DNA of 64,000 nt. Source: Terriglobia bacterium. Its GTDB lineage: Bacteria > Acidobacteriota > Terriglobia > Terriglobales > Acidobacteriaceae. The stretch is from NCBI GenBank assembly GCA_963723055.1, contig CAVROV010000002.1, positions 98,633 through 162,632 of the forward strand. Reading direction: 5' to 3'. The stretch's first letter is position 1. Each line of letters begins with the position of its first letter. Of the stretch, positions 55,364 through 64,000 are shown piece by piece. Under the pieces are notes generated by a model. The model made no database searches. It was not told the DNA's origin and saw only the letters and a list, made by a program, of their open reading frames with translations. A program made the translations under genes and the position numbers.

Positions 55364-57367
55364 CTACCCTCTTGCGTACCCGACGCTTCCCTCTTCATAC
55401 AACGCCGAGAAATCACGCGCGTATGCCGACAGCGCGATCAGAGGGAAATAATCGCGATAGAGGTGGTATGCCAGGTAAAACACTCTAGGAAAGCCGGTGC
55501 CTGTGTACTGGTCTTCGTCCCAGTGTCCATCAAGCCGCTGCGTTTCCAGCAGGTAGAGAATGCCGCGCTGCACTGAATCGCTGCGTGTATCGCCAGCGGC
55601 AAGCAATCCCATCACTGCCCATGCGGTTTGCGATGGCGCGCTTGGCCCAATGCCGCGGGTGGTCGCATCGTCATATGAGCCGCAGCTTTCGCCCCAGCCG
55701 CCGTCAGAGTTCTGCACCATGCGCAGCCATTCTGCGCCCTGCTGCACGTAAGGCTCGTGATGGTCCACGCCCATGGCCTGCAAGCCGCGCAACACAAGCA
55801 TGGTTCCGTAAATATAGTTCACGCCCCAGCGGCCCAACCACGAGCCATCAGACTCCTGCTCGCTCAGGATGAACTTGATCGCCTTCTGAACACGCTTGTC
55901 GTCCCCGCCAACACCATACGCTGCCAGCATCTCCAGCACCCGACCCGTGATGTCCACAGTTGGTGGATCGAGCATCGCATTGTGGTCAGCAAAGGGAATG
56001 TTCTGGAAAACCATGCGCGTATTGTCCTTGTCAAAGGACGCCCAGCCCCCGCTCTTGCATTGCATGGCAAAAATCCAGTCGATGGCTCGTTTGCACACGT
56101 CATGCTGGTACCGTTCCCGCGGATTTTCTACCTTGTCCAGACCCAGCAGAACCATGGCTGAATCGTCCACGTCAGGATAGAACTCATTATTGAACTCAAA
56201 GTACCAGCCGCCCGGCTCGACGTTCGGAACCTTCACGGCCCAATCACCCTTAGTGCGTACTTCCTTGCTCAAAATCCAGTCCGCCGCTTTCAGCATGCGC
56301 GGATCACTCTTAGGCACGCCACTCTCGCCCAGCGCGAACATCGCCAACGCGGTATCCCACACCGGAGACATGCAGGGCTGCATGCGGAACGTCGGCTCCG
56401 AATGGTTAGCGATGCTGGCTTCTTCAATGCCAAGCTTCTCAAATTCCGCCAGCGCGCGCATCACCTGCGGATCATCCGTTGAGTAGCCCAGGCAGCGCAG
56501 AGCGACGATCGAATTCAGAATGCCGGGATAAATCGCGCCCAACCCGTCGGACTTTTCAAAGCGCGCCAACATCCAGCGCTCAGCTTTCTTGAGCGCCAGG
56601 TAGCGGAGCGGACGAATGTGGAACCGTTCGCAGAAGTGGACTACGCGGTTCAGCACCAGGAAGAAGTTTCTCCACGAAATCTTCTTCGCGGCCCACTTCA
56701 GGTGCAGATGTTTCCCGTGACGCCCGCCCACAAACAGCTCGTCAATTCCCATTTCCGCCGGCACTTTCTTGAACGGCTTTCTGGCGTAGGCAATGGACAG
56801 CGGGACCAGGATGGCGCGGGACCAGGACGAAATCTCATACAAGTTGAACCAGAACCAGTTAGGAAAGAGAACAATCTCCGGCGGAATCGCCGGCACGGCT
56901 TCCCAATCATACTGCCCCAGGAAACACAGATAAATCTTAGTGAACGTGTTGCATTCCGTGGCGCCGCCAAGATCCAGGATTTGCGTGCGCGCGCGCTCCA
57001 GCACAGGATGGTCCGGTTTATAGCCCATCAGCTTCAGTGCAAAATAAGCCTTCACGGAAGCGCTGATATTGGAAGGCCCACCGGCATAAATTGGCCAGCC
57101 GCCATCGACGTTCTGGTGGCGAATGATCTCCGGCACCGCGCGCTCCATGCGGCTGCGGTCGCCGGTGCCCAGAAGGGTGTGTATAGCGATATAGTCCGAT
57201 TCCAGAGTCGTATCGGCTTCCAGTTCGCCACACCAGTAGCCGTCTTTGTGCTGTTGCGCGAAGAGATAGTCACGCGCCTTTTCAATGCCAAAGGAGACGC
57301 GGCCCAGCATGTCGTCGATTTTTCCAAAAAGCATGTGCGCTGCTTGCGCGCCAAATTTCTTGCTCAT
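55364..57367 (-). CDS. shc: squalene-hopene cyclase
   Basis: DVDDSAMV (DxDD) catalytic motif. Multiple QW repeats (QxxDGGW, Qxx[13 protein letters not shown]). Confidence 0.95.
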   Translation of the reverse strand: MSKKFGAQAAHMLFGKIDDMLGRVSFGIEKARDYLFAQQHKDGYWCGELEADTTLESDYIAIHTLLGTGDRSRMERAVPEIIRHQNVDGGWPIYAGGPSNISASVKAYFALKLMGYKPDHPVLERARTQILDLGGATECNTFTKIYLCFLGQYDWEAVPAIPPEIVLFPNWFWFNLYEISSWSRAILVPLSIAYARKPFKKVPAEMGIDELFVGGRHGKHLHLKWAAKKISWRNFFLVLNRVVHFCERFHIRPLRYLALKKAERWMLARFEKSDGLGAIYPGILNSIVALRCLGYSTDDPQVMRALAEFEKLGIEEASIANHSEPTFRMQPCMSPVWDTALAMFALGESGVPKSDPRMLKAADWILSKEVRTKGDWAVKVPNVEPGGWYFEFNNEFYPDVDDSAMVLLGLDKVENPRERYQHDVCKRAIDWIFAMQCKSGGWASFDKDNTRMVFQNIPFADHNAMLDPPTVDITGRVLEMLAAYGVGGDDKRVQKAIKFILSEQESDGSWLGRWGVNYIYGTMLVLRGLQAMGVDHHEPYVQQGAEWLRMVQNSDGGWGESCGSYDDATTRGIGPSAPSQTAWAVMGLLAAGDTRSDSVQRGILYLLETQRLDGHWDEDQYTGTGFPRVFYLAYHLYRDYFPLIALSAYARDFSALYEEGSVGYARG

Positions 57368-57370
57368 GGA

Positions 57371-58339
57371 CTACTCCGCGGCAGCGGGTGCTGCCGCAAT
57401 CGCTTCCACAATCTCCGGCGGCAGGCCAAAACGGACGTTTTCCGGCATGACCTCCACTTCGCGGATTGTGGTAAACCCTTTCCCCTTCAAAAAGTCGATC
57501 ACCTGCTCAACCAGTATCTCCGGGGCGGATGCACCCGCCGTGAGCGCAACCGTCTTGATTCCGGTAAGCCAATCCGGTTGTATGTCGCTCGCAGTGTCGA
57601 TCAGGTAAGAAGGCGTTCCCAGGTTCGTGGAAACCTCTACCAGCCGGTTGGAGTTAGAACTGTTCTCAGATCCCACTACCAGCAGCAGGTCGGCTTGGTG
57701 CGCCACGTCTTTCACCGCGGTCTGGCGGTTCTGCGTGGCATAACAGATGTCCTGGGCATGAGGCCCTTCGATCAACGGGAACTTTATCCGCAACGCGTCA
57801 ATCACGTCTTTAGTTTCGTCCAGGCTAAGCGTGGTCTGGGTGATGTAGGCAATCCGCGTGGGATCGGGAACCTCCAGCGCATCAACTTCACTGGCGCTGC
57901 CCACTACCTGGGTAACTTCAGGGGCTTCGCCCAGAGTGCCGATCACCTCGTCATGATCATGATGACCAATCAGGATGATGCTGTAGCCACCCCTGGCGTA
58001 CTTTACCGCTTCGACGTGGACCTTGGTCACCAGCGGGCAAGTGGCATCGATCACCCGCAGATCACGCAGCTTGCTGGCCTCGCGAACGCTGGGCGAGACG
58101 CCATGAGCGCTATAAATAAGACGTTGGCCGTCTGGAACCTCATAAACTTCATCAACAAAGATCGCGCCCTTGGCTTTCAATTCTTCCACCACATAGCGGT
58201 TATGGACGATTTCTTTACGCACATAGATCGGCGGCCCAAAGGCGTCCAGCGCAATGCGGACGATATCAATGGCCCTCACAACTCCGGCGCAAAAACCCCG
58301 GGGCTTCAGCAGTAATAAAGTCTTAGCTTCTGGTGTCAT
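57371..58339 (-). CDS. ispH: 4-hydroxy-3-methylbut-2-enyl diphosphate reductase
   Basis: KPRGFCAGVVRAI, SAHGVSP, ATCPLVTKVH, GHHDHDEV, CYATQNRQ. Start taken at ATG 58339. Confidence 0.9.
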   Translation of the reverse strand: MTPEAKTLLLLKPRGFCAGVVRAIDIVRIALDAFGPPIYVRKEIVHNRYVVEELKAKGAIFVDEVYEVPDGQRLIYSAHGVSPSVREASKLRDLRVIDATCPLVTKVHVEAVKYARGGYSIILIGHHDHDEVIGTLGEAPEVTQVVGSASEVDALEVPDPTRIAYITQTTLSLDETKDVIDALRIKFPLIEGPHAQDICYATQNRQTAVKDVAHQADLLLVVGSENSSNSNRLVEVSTNLGTPSYLIDTASDIQPDWLTGIKTVALTAGASAPEILVEQVIDFLKGKGFTTIREVEVMPENVRFGLPPEIVEAIAAAPAAAE

Positions 58340-58600
58340 TGTGATCTGTTGATTATACCTTTTATACACTTTTCCCTGCCTGTATCTTAACCAATAAAGA
58401 ACTCTCAGACTAAGCCAACCCATTGAATTATCGATATTTAGCAGTAATCTGGGAGTATCTGAGGGTAAACGGGGACGGGGTCAAGGGCTTGGTTTTTTCT
58501 TTCTTGTAAAATCGCGTCAAATGCCCTTAGCATACGTGCTGCTATGGAAATCCATTTTGGGCCCAAAGTCCCGCAACACACCGTTTTGCGGCGTTTAGGA

Positions 58601-60448
58601 ATGTTCAGGTTCCTTTTCGAAGTTTTATTTGCCATTCTGCTTGCATGTCTCTCGTGCTCCGCTGCTGAGAACCAATGGGCTGAGGTACGCAGCCAGCACT
58701 TCCGGGTAATTACAGATGGCAGTGAAAAGGACGCCCGCCGCGTGGCGCGCGAGTTTGAACAGATCCGTTTTGCCATGAGTTCGGTCTATCCCAAGCTTCG
58801 TCTCGATTCAGGCTCTCCCCTCCTGGTCATGTGTCCCCGCGACGAATCCAGCATGAAGGTCCTGGCCCCACAATACTGGAAACGTAAAGGGTTCAAGCCT
58901 GCTGGTTTTTTTCAGCACGGCTGGGACAAGGAATACGCCGTGGTTCGGCTCGATGAATTGCGGCCTGAGAGCTACGAAGTTGTTTATCACGAGTATGTGC
59001 ATAGCGTCATGCATCTGAATCTGCGCTGGCTGCCGGTGTGGCTCGACGAGGGCCTCGCCGACTTCCATGCCAATACACGTTTTGAGAAGACAAAACTGTA
59101 CGTGGGCGCGCCCAGTTGGCGACTTCGCATCCTGCGCTCCCGTCCACCCATCCCGCTCAGTACTCTCTTGAGCGTGAAGCCGGGCTCGCCCTATTATCGC
59201 GACGAAGATAAAGCCGACTTATTTTATGCCGAGTCGTGGTTGCTTACCCACTATCTATTCTTTGGGCCAGGCATGGAGAGCGGCAAGAAGTTGTTGCGAT
59301 TCATCTCTCTGCTGGATGACACCGAACAGATAAAGGCATTTGAAGAGGTATTTGGCAGCATCGAGGCGGTGGAAAAAAACCTGGATATGTATGGCCGAAA
59401 CTTCACCATGGCAGGGGGCACTTTGAATACCCCCGCCAGCACCGACGAGAAGGAATTTAAATCACGCCGGATGTCTGCGGCGGAAACCGAGGCGGAGCTC
59501 GGCAGCTATCACCTGTGGTCCCATGCTCGTGAACTGGCTCGCCCACTCATCGAACAAGCTTTGAAAGACGATCCCACCCTGGGCTTGGCACATGAAGATA
59601 TGGCCTTCCTCAACTTTGCCGAAGGCAAAGATGAGGATGCGGTTCGTGAATTCAACCAGGCGGTCGCTCTCGACTCAAAACTGTATCTATCGCTCTTCTC
59701 CTCAACCATGATGTCACCGGCAGCTCGCTCGGATGCGCCTGCCGACCAGGCTGAATTTGAGCGCGCCCTCCTGAAAGTGCTCGATCAGGACCCGCAATTC
59801 GCTCCCGCCTTCGTCCAGATTGCCCGGCTCTACGTGCGGCAGGGCAATCTGGAACGAGCTTACGGTGTAGCCCGAAGGGCTGAAGGCCTGGAACCAGCGC
59901 GCGCCGGCTACCATCTGTTGAGCGGACGGATACTGCAAATGATGGGCCGAGACAAGGAAGCCGCAGGTTTTGCCCGCTTTGTGGCCAGTCGTTGGCCGGG
60001 GCCGGATCACGATGAGGCTCTTGAACTATGGAACAGCGTGCCTGCAGCGCAACGCCCTGCCGTAGAAGCGATGACTTCCTCCGTGATCGCCGGAACTCAG
60101 GTAGTAGAAGCACCCGTGAAATCGGTGCATTGTGGCCGTAGCGAAGAAAACGAAGACCAGAAATATACCCTCGTCATCGAGCAAGGCGGCCATGAGCTTG
60201 CATTTCAGCCGAAAGGCGGGTTCGGCGTCGGATACTCTGACACTTTGTGGTGGGGCAGAGACCACTTTAGCTCCTGCCTGCACATAAAAGGGATTCGCGC
60301 GGTTGTGCACTACAGACCATCCGCCGACCCGAAATATGCTGGTGAGTTGGCCCGGCTGGATCTGCGTGATGACCTTCCGCAGCTTCCGTTGCAGCCGAAA
60401 CGGGCTGACAGCAGCTTGCCTGCCCCGAAGTCCGAGAATAACCGATGA
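58601..60448 (+). CDS. secreted HExxH metallopeptidase-like protein with C-terminal TPR repeats
   Basis: Signal peptide MFRFLFEVLFAILLACLSCSAAE. HEYVHSVMH zinc motif (DUF1570/MA-clan-like). TPR-like helices at about residues 330-470. Confidence 0.65.
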   Translation: MFRFLFEVLFAILLACLSCSAAENQWAEVRSQHFRVITDGSEKDARRVAREFEQIRFAMSSVYPKLRLDSGSPLLVMCPRDESSMKVLAPQYWKRKGFKPAGFFQHGWDKEYAVVRLDELRPESYEVVYHEYVHSVMHLNLRWLPVWLDEGLADFHANTRFEKTKLYVGAPSWRLRILRSRPPIPLSTLLSVKPGSPYYRDEDKADLFYAESWLLTHYLFFGPGMESGKKLLRFISLLDDTEQIKAFEEVFGSIEAVEKNLDMYGRNFTMAGGTLNTPASTDEKEFKSRRMSAAETEAELGSYHLWSHARELARPLIEQALKDDPTLGLAHEDMAFLNFAEGKDEDAVREFNQAVALDSKLYLSLFSSTMMSPAARSDAPADQAEFERALLKVLDQDPQFAPAFVQIARLYVRQGNLERAYGVARRAEGLEPARAGYHLLSGRILQMMGRDKEAAGFARFVASRWPGPDHDEALELWNSVPAAQRPAVEAMTSSVIAGTQVVEAPVKSVHCGRSEENEDQKYTLVIEQGGHELAFQPKGGFGVGYSDTLWWGRDHFSSCLHIKGIRAVVHYRPSADPKYAGELARLDLRDDLPQLPLQPKRADSSLPAPKSENNR

Positions 60449-60499
60449 GTTCGGCAGGCCGTTGAAGAAAATTGTGCTTTGAAGCGGCAGGCCTGGTCT

Positions 60500-62177
60500 T
60501 TATCCATTCGCTTTTAGTAACTGCTCTGCGTGCTGGCGTGATGTCTCCGTCAGCTTCTCGCCGCTCAACATCCGCGCAATCTCTTCCGTCTGCTCGGCTG
60601 CGGTCAATGCGCGGACGAGACGTCCTCGTTCGCCCCGCTGTCTCGCGTTTTTCGATCAAATAATGATGGTCAGCGAATGACGCGATCTGCGGCAGGTGCG
60701 TAATGCACAGCACCTGGTTCGCCCTGGCCAGCGACTTCAGCTTCTTGCCCACAGCTTCTGCTGCGCGCCCCCCAATGCCGGTATCGATCTCGTCGAATAC
60801 CAAGGTGCGCTGCGTGCCACCTTTGCTCTTCTTCCCCGCCTCAATCGTAGCTTTGAGCGCCAGCATCACGCGTGAAAGCTCGCCGCCGGAGGCAATCTGC
60901 TCCACCGGCTTCAGCGGCTCACCGGGATTGGGTGAGATCATGTAAGCCACGCCATCAAAGCCTGATGCCGTCCAGTTCGCCGGCTCGTCCGCACCGGAAA
61001 CTTCAATCCTGAACTGTGCCTTCATCGCCAGCTGGTTAATTTCCGTTTCAACCAGCTTCTGCAATTCCCTCGCGGCGCTGTAGCGTCGCTTTGAAACCGT
61101 CTGTGCCGCAGCCAGGTAAGCCGCAGCCACAGCCGTAAGTTGCTTTTTCAGGTCGCGCACCACGTCTTCGCGATTTTCCAGCTCATCCAGCTTGCCTGCA
61201 ACATCTGCGCCGTAAGCAATCACCTCATCAACCGTTTTGCCGTATTTGCGCTTCAGCCGATCGAAAACCGCCAGCCGGTCTTCCACCTCAGCCAGCCGTT
61301 CGGGTGACGCGTCGATGCCATCAGCGTAATCACGCGCCGTAGCGCTCACGTCTTCAATCGCCACCTTCGCCGATTCCAGTGCTGCCAGCGCTTCCAGAAA
61401 TTTTTCATCGAAGCGCGCCAGCTCTTCCAGTTGTTTGCGTGCCGCGGAGATGTTCGTCAACGCCGAAGCATCATCTTCATACAAGACCTGGTAGGCGGCC
61501 GTGGCCGCACCGAAGAGCTTTTCAGAATTTGCCAGGACGCGCTTCTCCGTCTCCAGCTTTTGATCTTCCCCCGGCTGAAGCCTGGCCGCTTCGATCTCCT
61601 TTTTCTGGAAGCTCCACAGGTCGGCCATGCGCAGGCGGTCCTGCTCATCGCGATCAAACTGCGCCAGCCTCTCGCGCACTTCGGCCCAGACAGCATGCTT
61701 TTCCGCCAGATCGCTGAGATCATGACCGGCATAGGTATCCAGCAGCCCCAGGCGGGCAGCTTCATCAAAAGCCAGGATCGTCTGATTCTGTGCGTGGATC
61801 GAGGCCAGCGCTGGCGCTAGAGCGCGCAACAGCGCCACTGTGGCTGGCTGGTTGTTGACGAAGACCCGACCCTTGCCGCCGGCGGCAATCTCGCGTTTTA
61901 CGATGACATGGTTCCCTTCCGGCTCAATCCCGTTCTCTTCCAGCAGCCGCTCCACGCGCTTTTCATCGGCTTCAAAAACCCCGCTGACTACGGCCTTTTC
62001 CGCGCCATGGCGAATCATGTCCGTGGAAGCTTTGTCACCCAGCAATAAAGATAGAGCGTCGATCAGGATTGACTTGCCTGCACCGGTCTCTCCCGTAAGC
62101 AGGTTCAGTCCCGGGGCAAACTCCACCGCCAGGCTGTCAATTACGGCATAGCTTTCGACGCGAAGCTCCAGCAGCAC
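60500..62177 (-). CDS. recN: DNA repair protein RecN, apparent frameshift at the cccc run 60633-60636
   Basis: GTG start giving LLELRVESYAVID...LTGETGAGKSIL (Walker A), FDEIDTGIGG (Walker B). After ...HHYLIEKRET the product continues in another frame as GERGRLVRALTAAEQTEEIARMLSGEKLTETSRQHAEQLLKANG-stop at 60500. Confidence 0.85.
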
Positions 62178-62324
62178 CGAAACAAACCTCAGAAAGGAAA
62201 TTGAGCGCAGTCTAACAGAGATTGGGAACAAATGGGTAAACGGAGAGTCCGCCAGACGAGCCGCCTTGCGGTATATTATCCCGGTATTTCAATTCACTCT
62301 CGCTTTTATCTGAAAGGCGGTCCC

Positions 62325-62876
62325 ATGGTTCAAATGCTGCTGCTATGCATGATGCTATTCCAAGCGAGTTCACAAACGGCGGCCAAGCCACTGATCGACA
62401 ATGACCGGGTTTCGGTCCTGGACGTAAACGACGCTGCCGCGGCGCAGTCGACTGACGCCGTAGTCGTTTCCCTTTCCGGTAGTGCGTCTTTTGTGCCTAA
62501 GGGAACGACCCCTAAGATCACGGGGCATTCATATGTGATCGATTTAAAAGACCATCCGGTCGCCCCAATCGAAAATAAGAGTGGCTATCCGCTGGCCTTT
62601 CCGCGTCCTGGCACGAAGAAAGTTTTCGAGAATGATCGTGTCATCGTGTGGGATTCCACATGGACGCCGGGCGTCGCTACGCCGATGCACTTCCATGACA
62701 AAGATGTCGTGGTGGTGTTCCTGGAAGACGGCGATTTGAAATCGACGACTTCGGACGGAAAAGAGGTAGTCAACCAATACAAATCGGGTACTGTCAGGTT
62801 TAACCAACGTGACCGCACCCACAGTGAAACGCTGATGAACGGAAAGCAGCGCGCGATCATCACCGAGCTGAAGTAA
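62325..62876 (+). CDS. secreted cupin-like protein
   Basis: Signal peptide from ATG 62325. C-terminal PMHFHDKDVVVVFLEDG...HSE beta-barrel-like motif. Weak call. Confidence 0.45.
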   Translation: MVQMLLLCMMLFQASSQTAAKPLIDNDRVSVLDVNDAAAAQSTDAVVVSLSGSASFVPKGTTPKITGHSYVIDLKDHPVAPIENKSGYPLAFPRPGTKKVFENDRVIVWDSTWTPGVATPMHFHDKDVVVVFLEDGDLKSTTSDGKEVVNQYKSGTVRFNQRDRTHSETLMNGKQRAIITELK

Positions 62877-62969
62877 GCCCTGCTTTGTTTTCAAAAAATT
62901 AGAAATTGCGGAAATCGATTGAACAGAAGCGGCACTGGATAAAAAGAGGGCCAGTGGGTTGAAGGTGTA

Positions 62970-63059
62970 TGGCGGAGAGAGTGGGATTCGAACCCACGTT
63001 AGAGTTTCCCCTAAACACGCTTTCCAAGCGTGCGCCTTCAGCCACTCGGCCATCTCTCC
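62970..63059 (-). tRNA. tRNA-Ser (GGA)
   Basis: Reverse complement is GGAGAGATGGCCGAGTGG...CGCTTGGAAAGCG (anticodon GGA)...long variable arm...GGGTTCGAATCCC...CTCTCC-G-CCA. Confidence 0.95.
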
Positions 63060-63199
63060 GGCGCAGGTTGGGACTGGATCATTATACAGACATATTATTG
63101 ACGGGCTGACGGCATACACGGATTCACGCTTAGGTTGCTTCGAAAAATTGACCGCCAGTTCGCGCATGACAAAGTGGATCTACTCGATCAGCTTGTCCT

Positions 63200-63228
63200 A
63201 AAAAAACAAAAGCGGCCTATAGGCCGCT
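63200..63228 (-). terminator. rho-independent terminator of the PilZ gene
   Basis: The minus strand reads agcggcc-tata-ggccgct followed by tttgttttttt. Confidence 0.7.
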
Positions 63229-63299
63229 GGTTATTCAAACGATTCTAATTTGAACCGGTGACTCCTCATCACCAGCTGATCGTTGACAAAGATGCGCAG

Positions 63300-63716
63300 T
63301 TAGCAGGTCGTAGCCATGCTGCCGGAAAGGATGCGCTCAAAGCAGTATTCGTCGATCACAGCGGCCACCGCTTTCTTTCCTTTTTCATCCAGCGAACGCA
63401 CCACCCGCCCGGTGCAGTTCACCTGGACATCGGTGTCCGTTCCCAAAACGGAAGCGGGCAATACGATGCGGAATCGGATCACCGTGCCCACGCCGAGCGT
63501 ACTCTTTGTATGAAACAGCACGCCGCCTGCTGAGATATCCGCCGTTTCAGCGAAGTATTCATGGGCGTCTGCCGTGCGTACCGTGATCGGAAGTCTGAGT
63601 GGAAAACGTACCGAGCTTCTGGTATCTGCCGGGCCTAAGCCAGCGACTGGACTTTTGACTTCGTTCACCCCTGCACCTCTACTGGGGAGGTTACACCGGT
63701 GGCGCAGCCATCCCAA
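63300..63716 (-). CDS. PilZ-domain protein
   Basis: RSSVR (RxxxR) followed by DISAGGVLF (D-x-S-x-x-G). Start codon uncertain. Confidence 0.7.
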   Translation of the reverse strand: MGWLRHRCNLPSRGAGVNEVKSPVAGLGPADTRSSVRFPLRLPITVRTADAHEYFAETADISAGGVLFHTKSTLGVGTVIRFRIVLPASVLGTDTDVQVNCTGRVVRSLDEKGKKAVAAVIDEYCFERILSGSMATTC

Positions 63717-63779
63717 GATTACTTTGGTATTCGCTGCACACCAAAGGACATACGCCAGAAGAGATGGCCCAAAACCAGC

Positions 63780-64000
63780 TCAGAATTTGGTTACTTCTGT
63801 AAAGTTGAAGCCGCGAATTTTCATGGCTGGAACTACCATATCAAATGCCTCTTCCCCGCTGGCACGCACGGCTTTGCCCATTGCCTCCACGTTGTTCAGC
63901 GTTTCAATCAGGCTCTGATTAAAGCGGAAATTCAGCAGCCCGTGCTTCACTTTGCCGCCTTCCACAAGGAATGTGCCGTCACGCGTCATGCCAGTAAGAA
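63780..64000 (-). CDS. TldD/PmbA-family metalloprotease, C-terminal part only (gene continues past the window end)
   Basis: TGMTRDGTFLVEGGKVKHGLLNFRFNQSLIETLNNVEAMG...PAMKIRGFNFT matches the conserved C-terminus of TldD/PmbA. Confidence 0.7.
   Translation of the reverse strand, partial: LTGMTRDGTFLVEGGKVKHGLLNFRFNQSLIETLNNVEAMGKAVRASGEEAFDMVVPAMKIRGFNFTEVTKF

Noticed and set aside
55276-55416. Upstream extension of the hpnH ORF
   Set aside because: It would overlap the 3' end of shc by 53 nt. HpnH-like sequence starts at TTG 55275, which is preceded by AGGAGA.
56618-58315. 565-aa ORF on the plus strand
   Set aside because: It lies entirely antisense to shc and ispH, which carry unmistakable catalytic motifs. 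Its product is Arg/Gly/His-rich with no motif, a typical high-GC antisense artefact.
62544-63167. 207-aa ORF on the minus strand
   Set aside because: It runs through the tRNA-Ser gene (62970-63059) and antisense to the cupin-like gene. No motif.

Overview
GC-rich, gene-dense bacterial chromosomal segment. It is most consistent with an Acidobacteriota genome, based on an ADOP-type duplicated FtsX permease, a large hopanoid locus and heavy intergenic repeat litter; this is inference only and no search was run. I support about 60 protein genes, four tRNAs (Gly-GCC, Cys-GCA, Ser-GGA and Sec-UCA) and an SRP (4.5S) RNA.

Main points:
1. A selenocysteine mini-locus that ORF calling misses. It has a tRNA-Sec gene (15597-15693, minus) and, 0.8 kb away, an Rdx/SelW-like gene (14521-14772). 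That gene has a Cys-x-x-TGA redox motif and a SECIS-like hairpin just after the in-frame TGA.
2. A 12-gene, translationally coupled hopanoid operon on the minus strand: ispH-shc-hpnH-X-hpnA-hpnG-adh-adh-hpnC-hpnD-hpnE (46516-58339). It contains two Zn-dependent MDR dehydrogenases and a 142-aa unknown ORF with no assigned role. The dehydrogenases are candidates for the unassigned ribosylhopane to bacteriohopanetetrol reduction.
3. An accessory-looking patch (about 11.6-15.9 kb). It holds a REP-associated tyrosine transposase (RAYT) flanked by nested perfect inverted repeats, an MmcB-like PD-(D/E)XK nuclease, a small zinc-ribbon ORF and a MITE-like element.
4. Seven apparent 1-nt frameshifts, several in housekeeping genes (msrA, rimO x2, recN, the ADOP permease, the RAYT and a small RHH protein). 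This points to indel errors in the assembly more than to real pseudogenes.

The rest is ordinary core metabolism: fabH, aspA, metC, sodC, cinA, thpR, plsY, gpsA, ftsY, ribD, ribE and others. No CRISPR array, prophage or integrase was seen.
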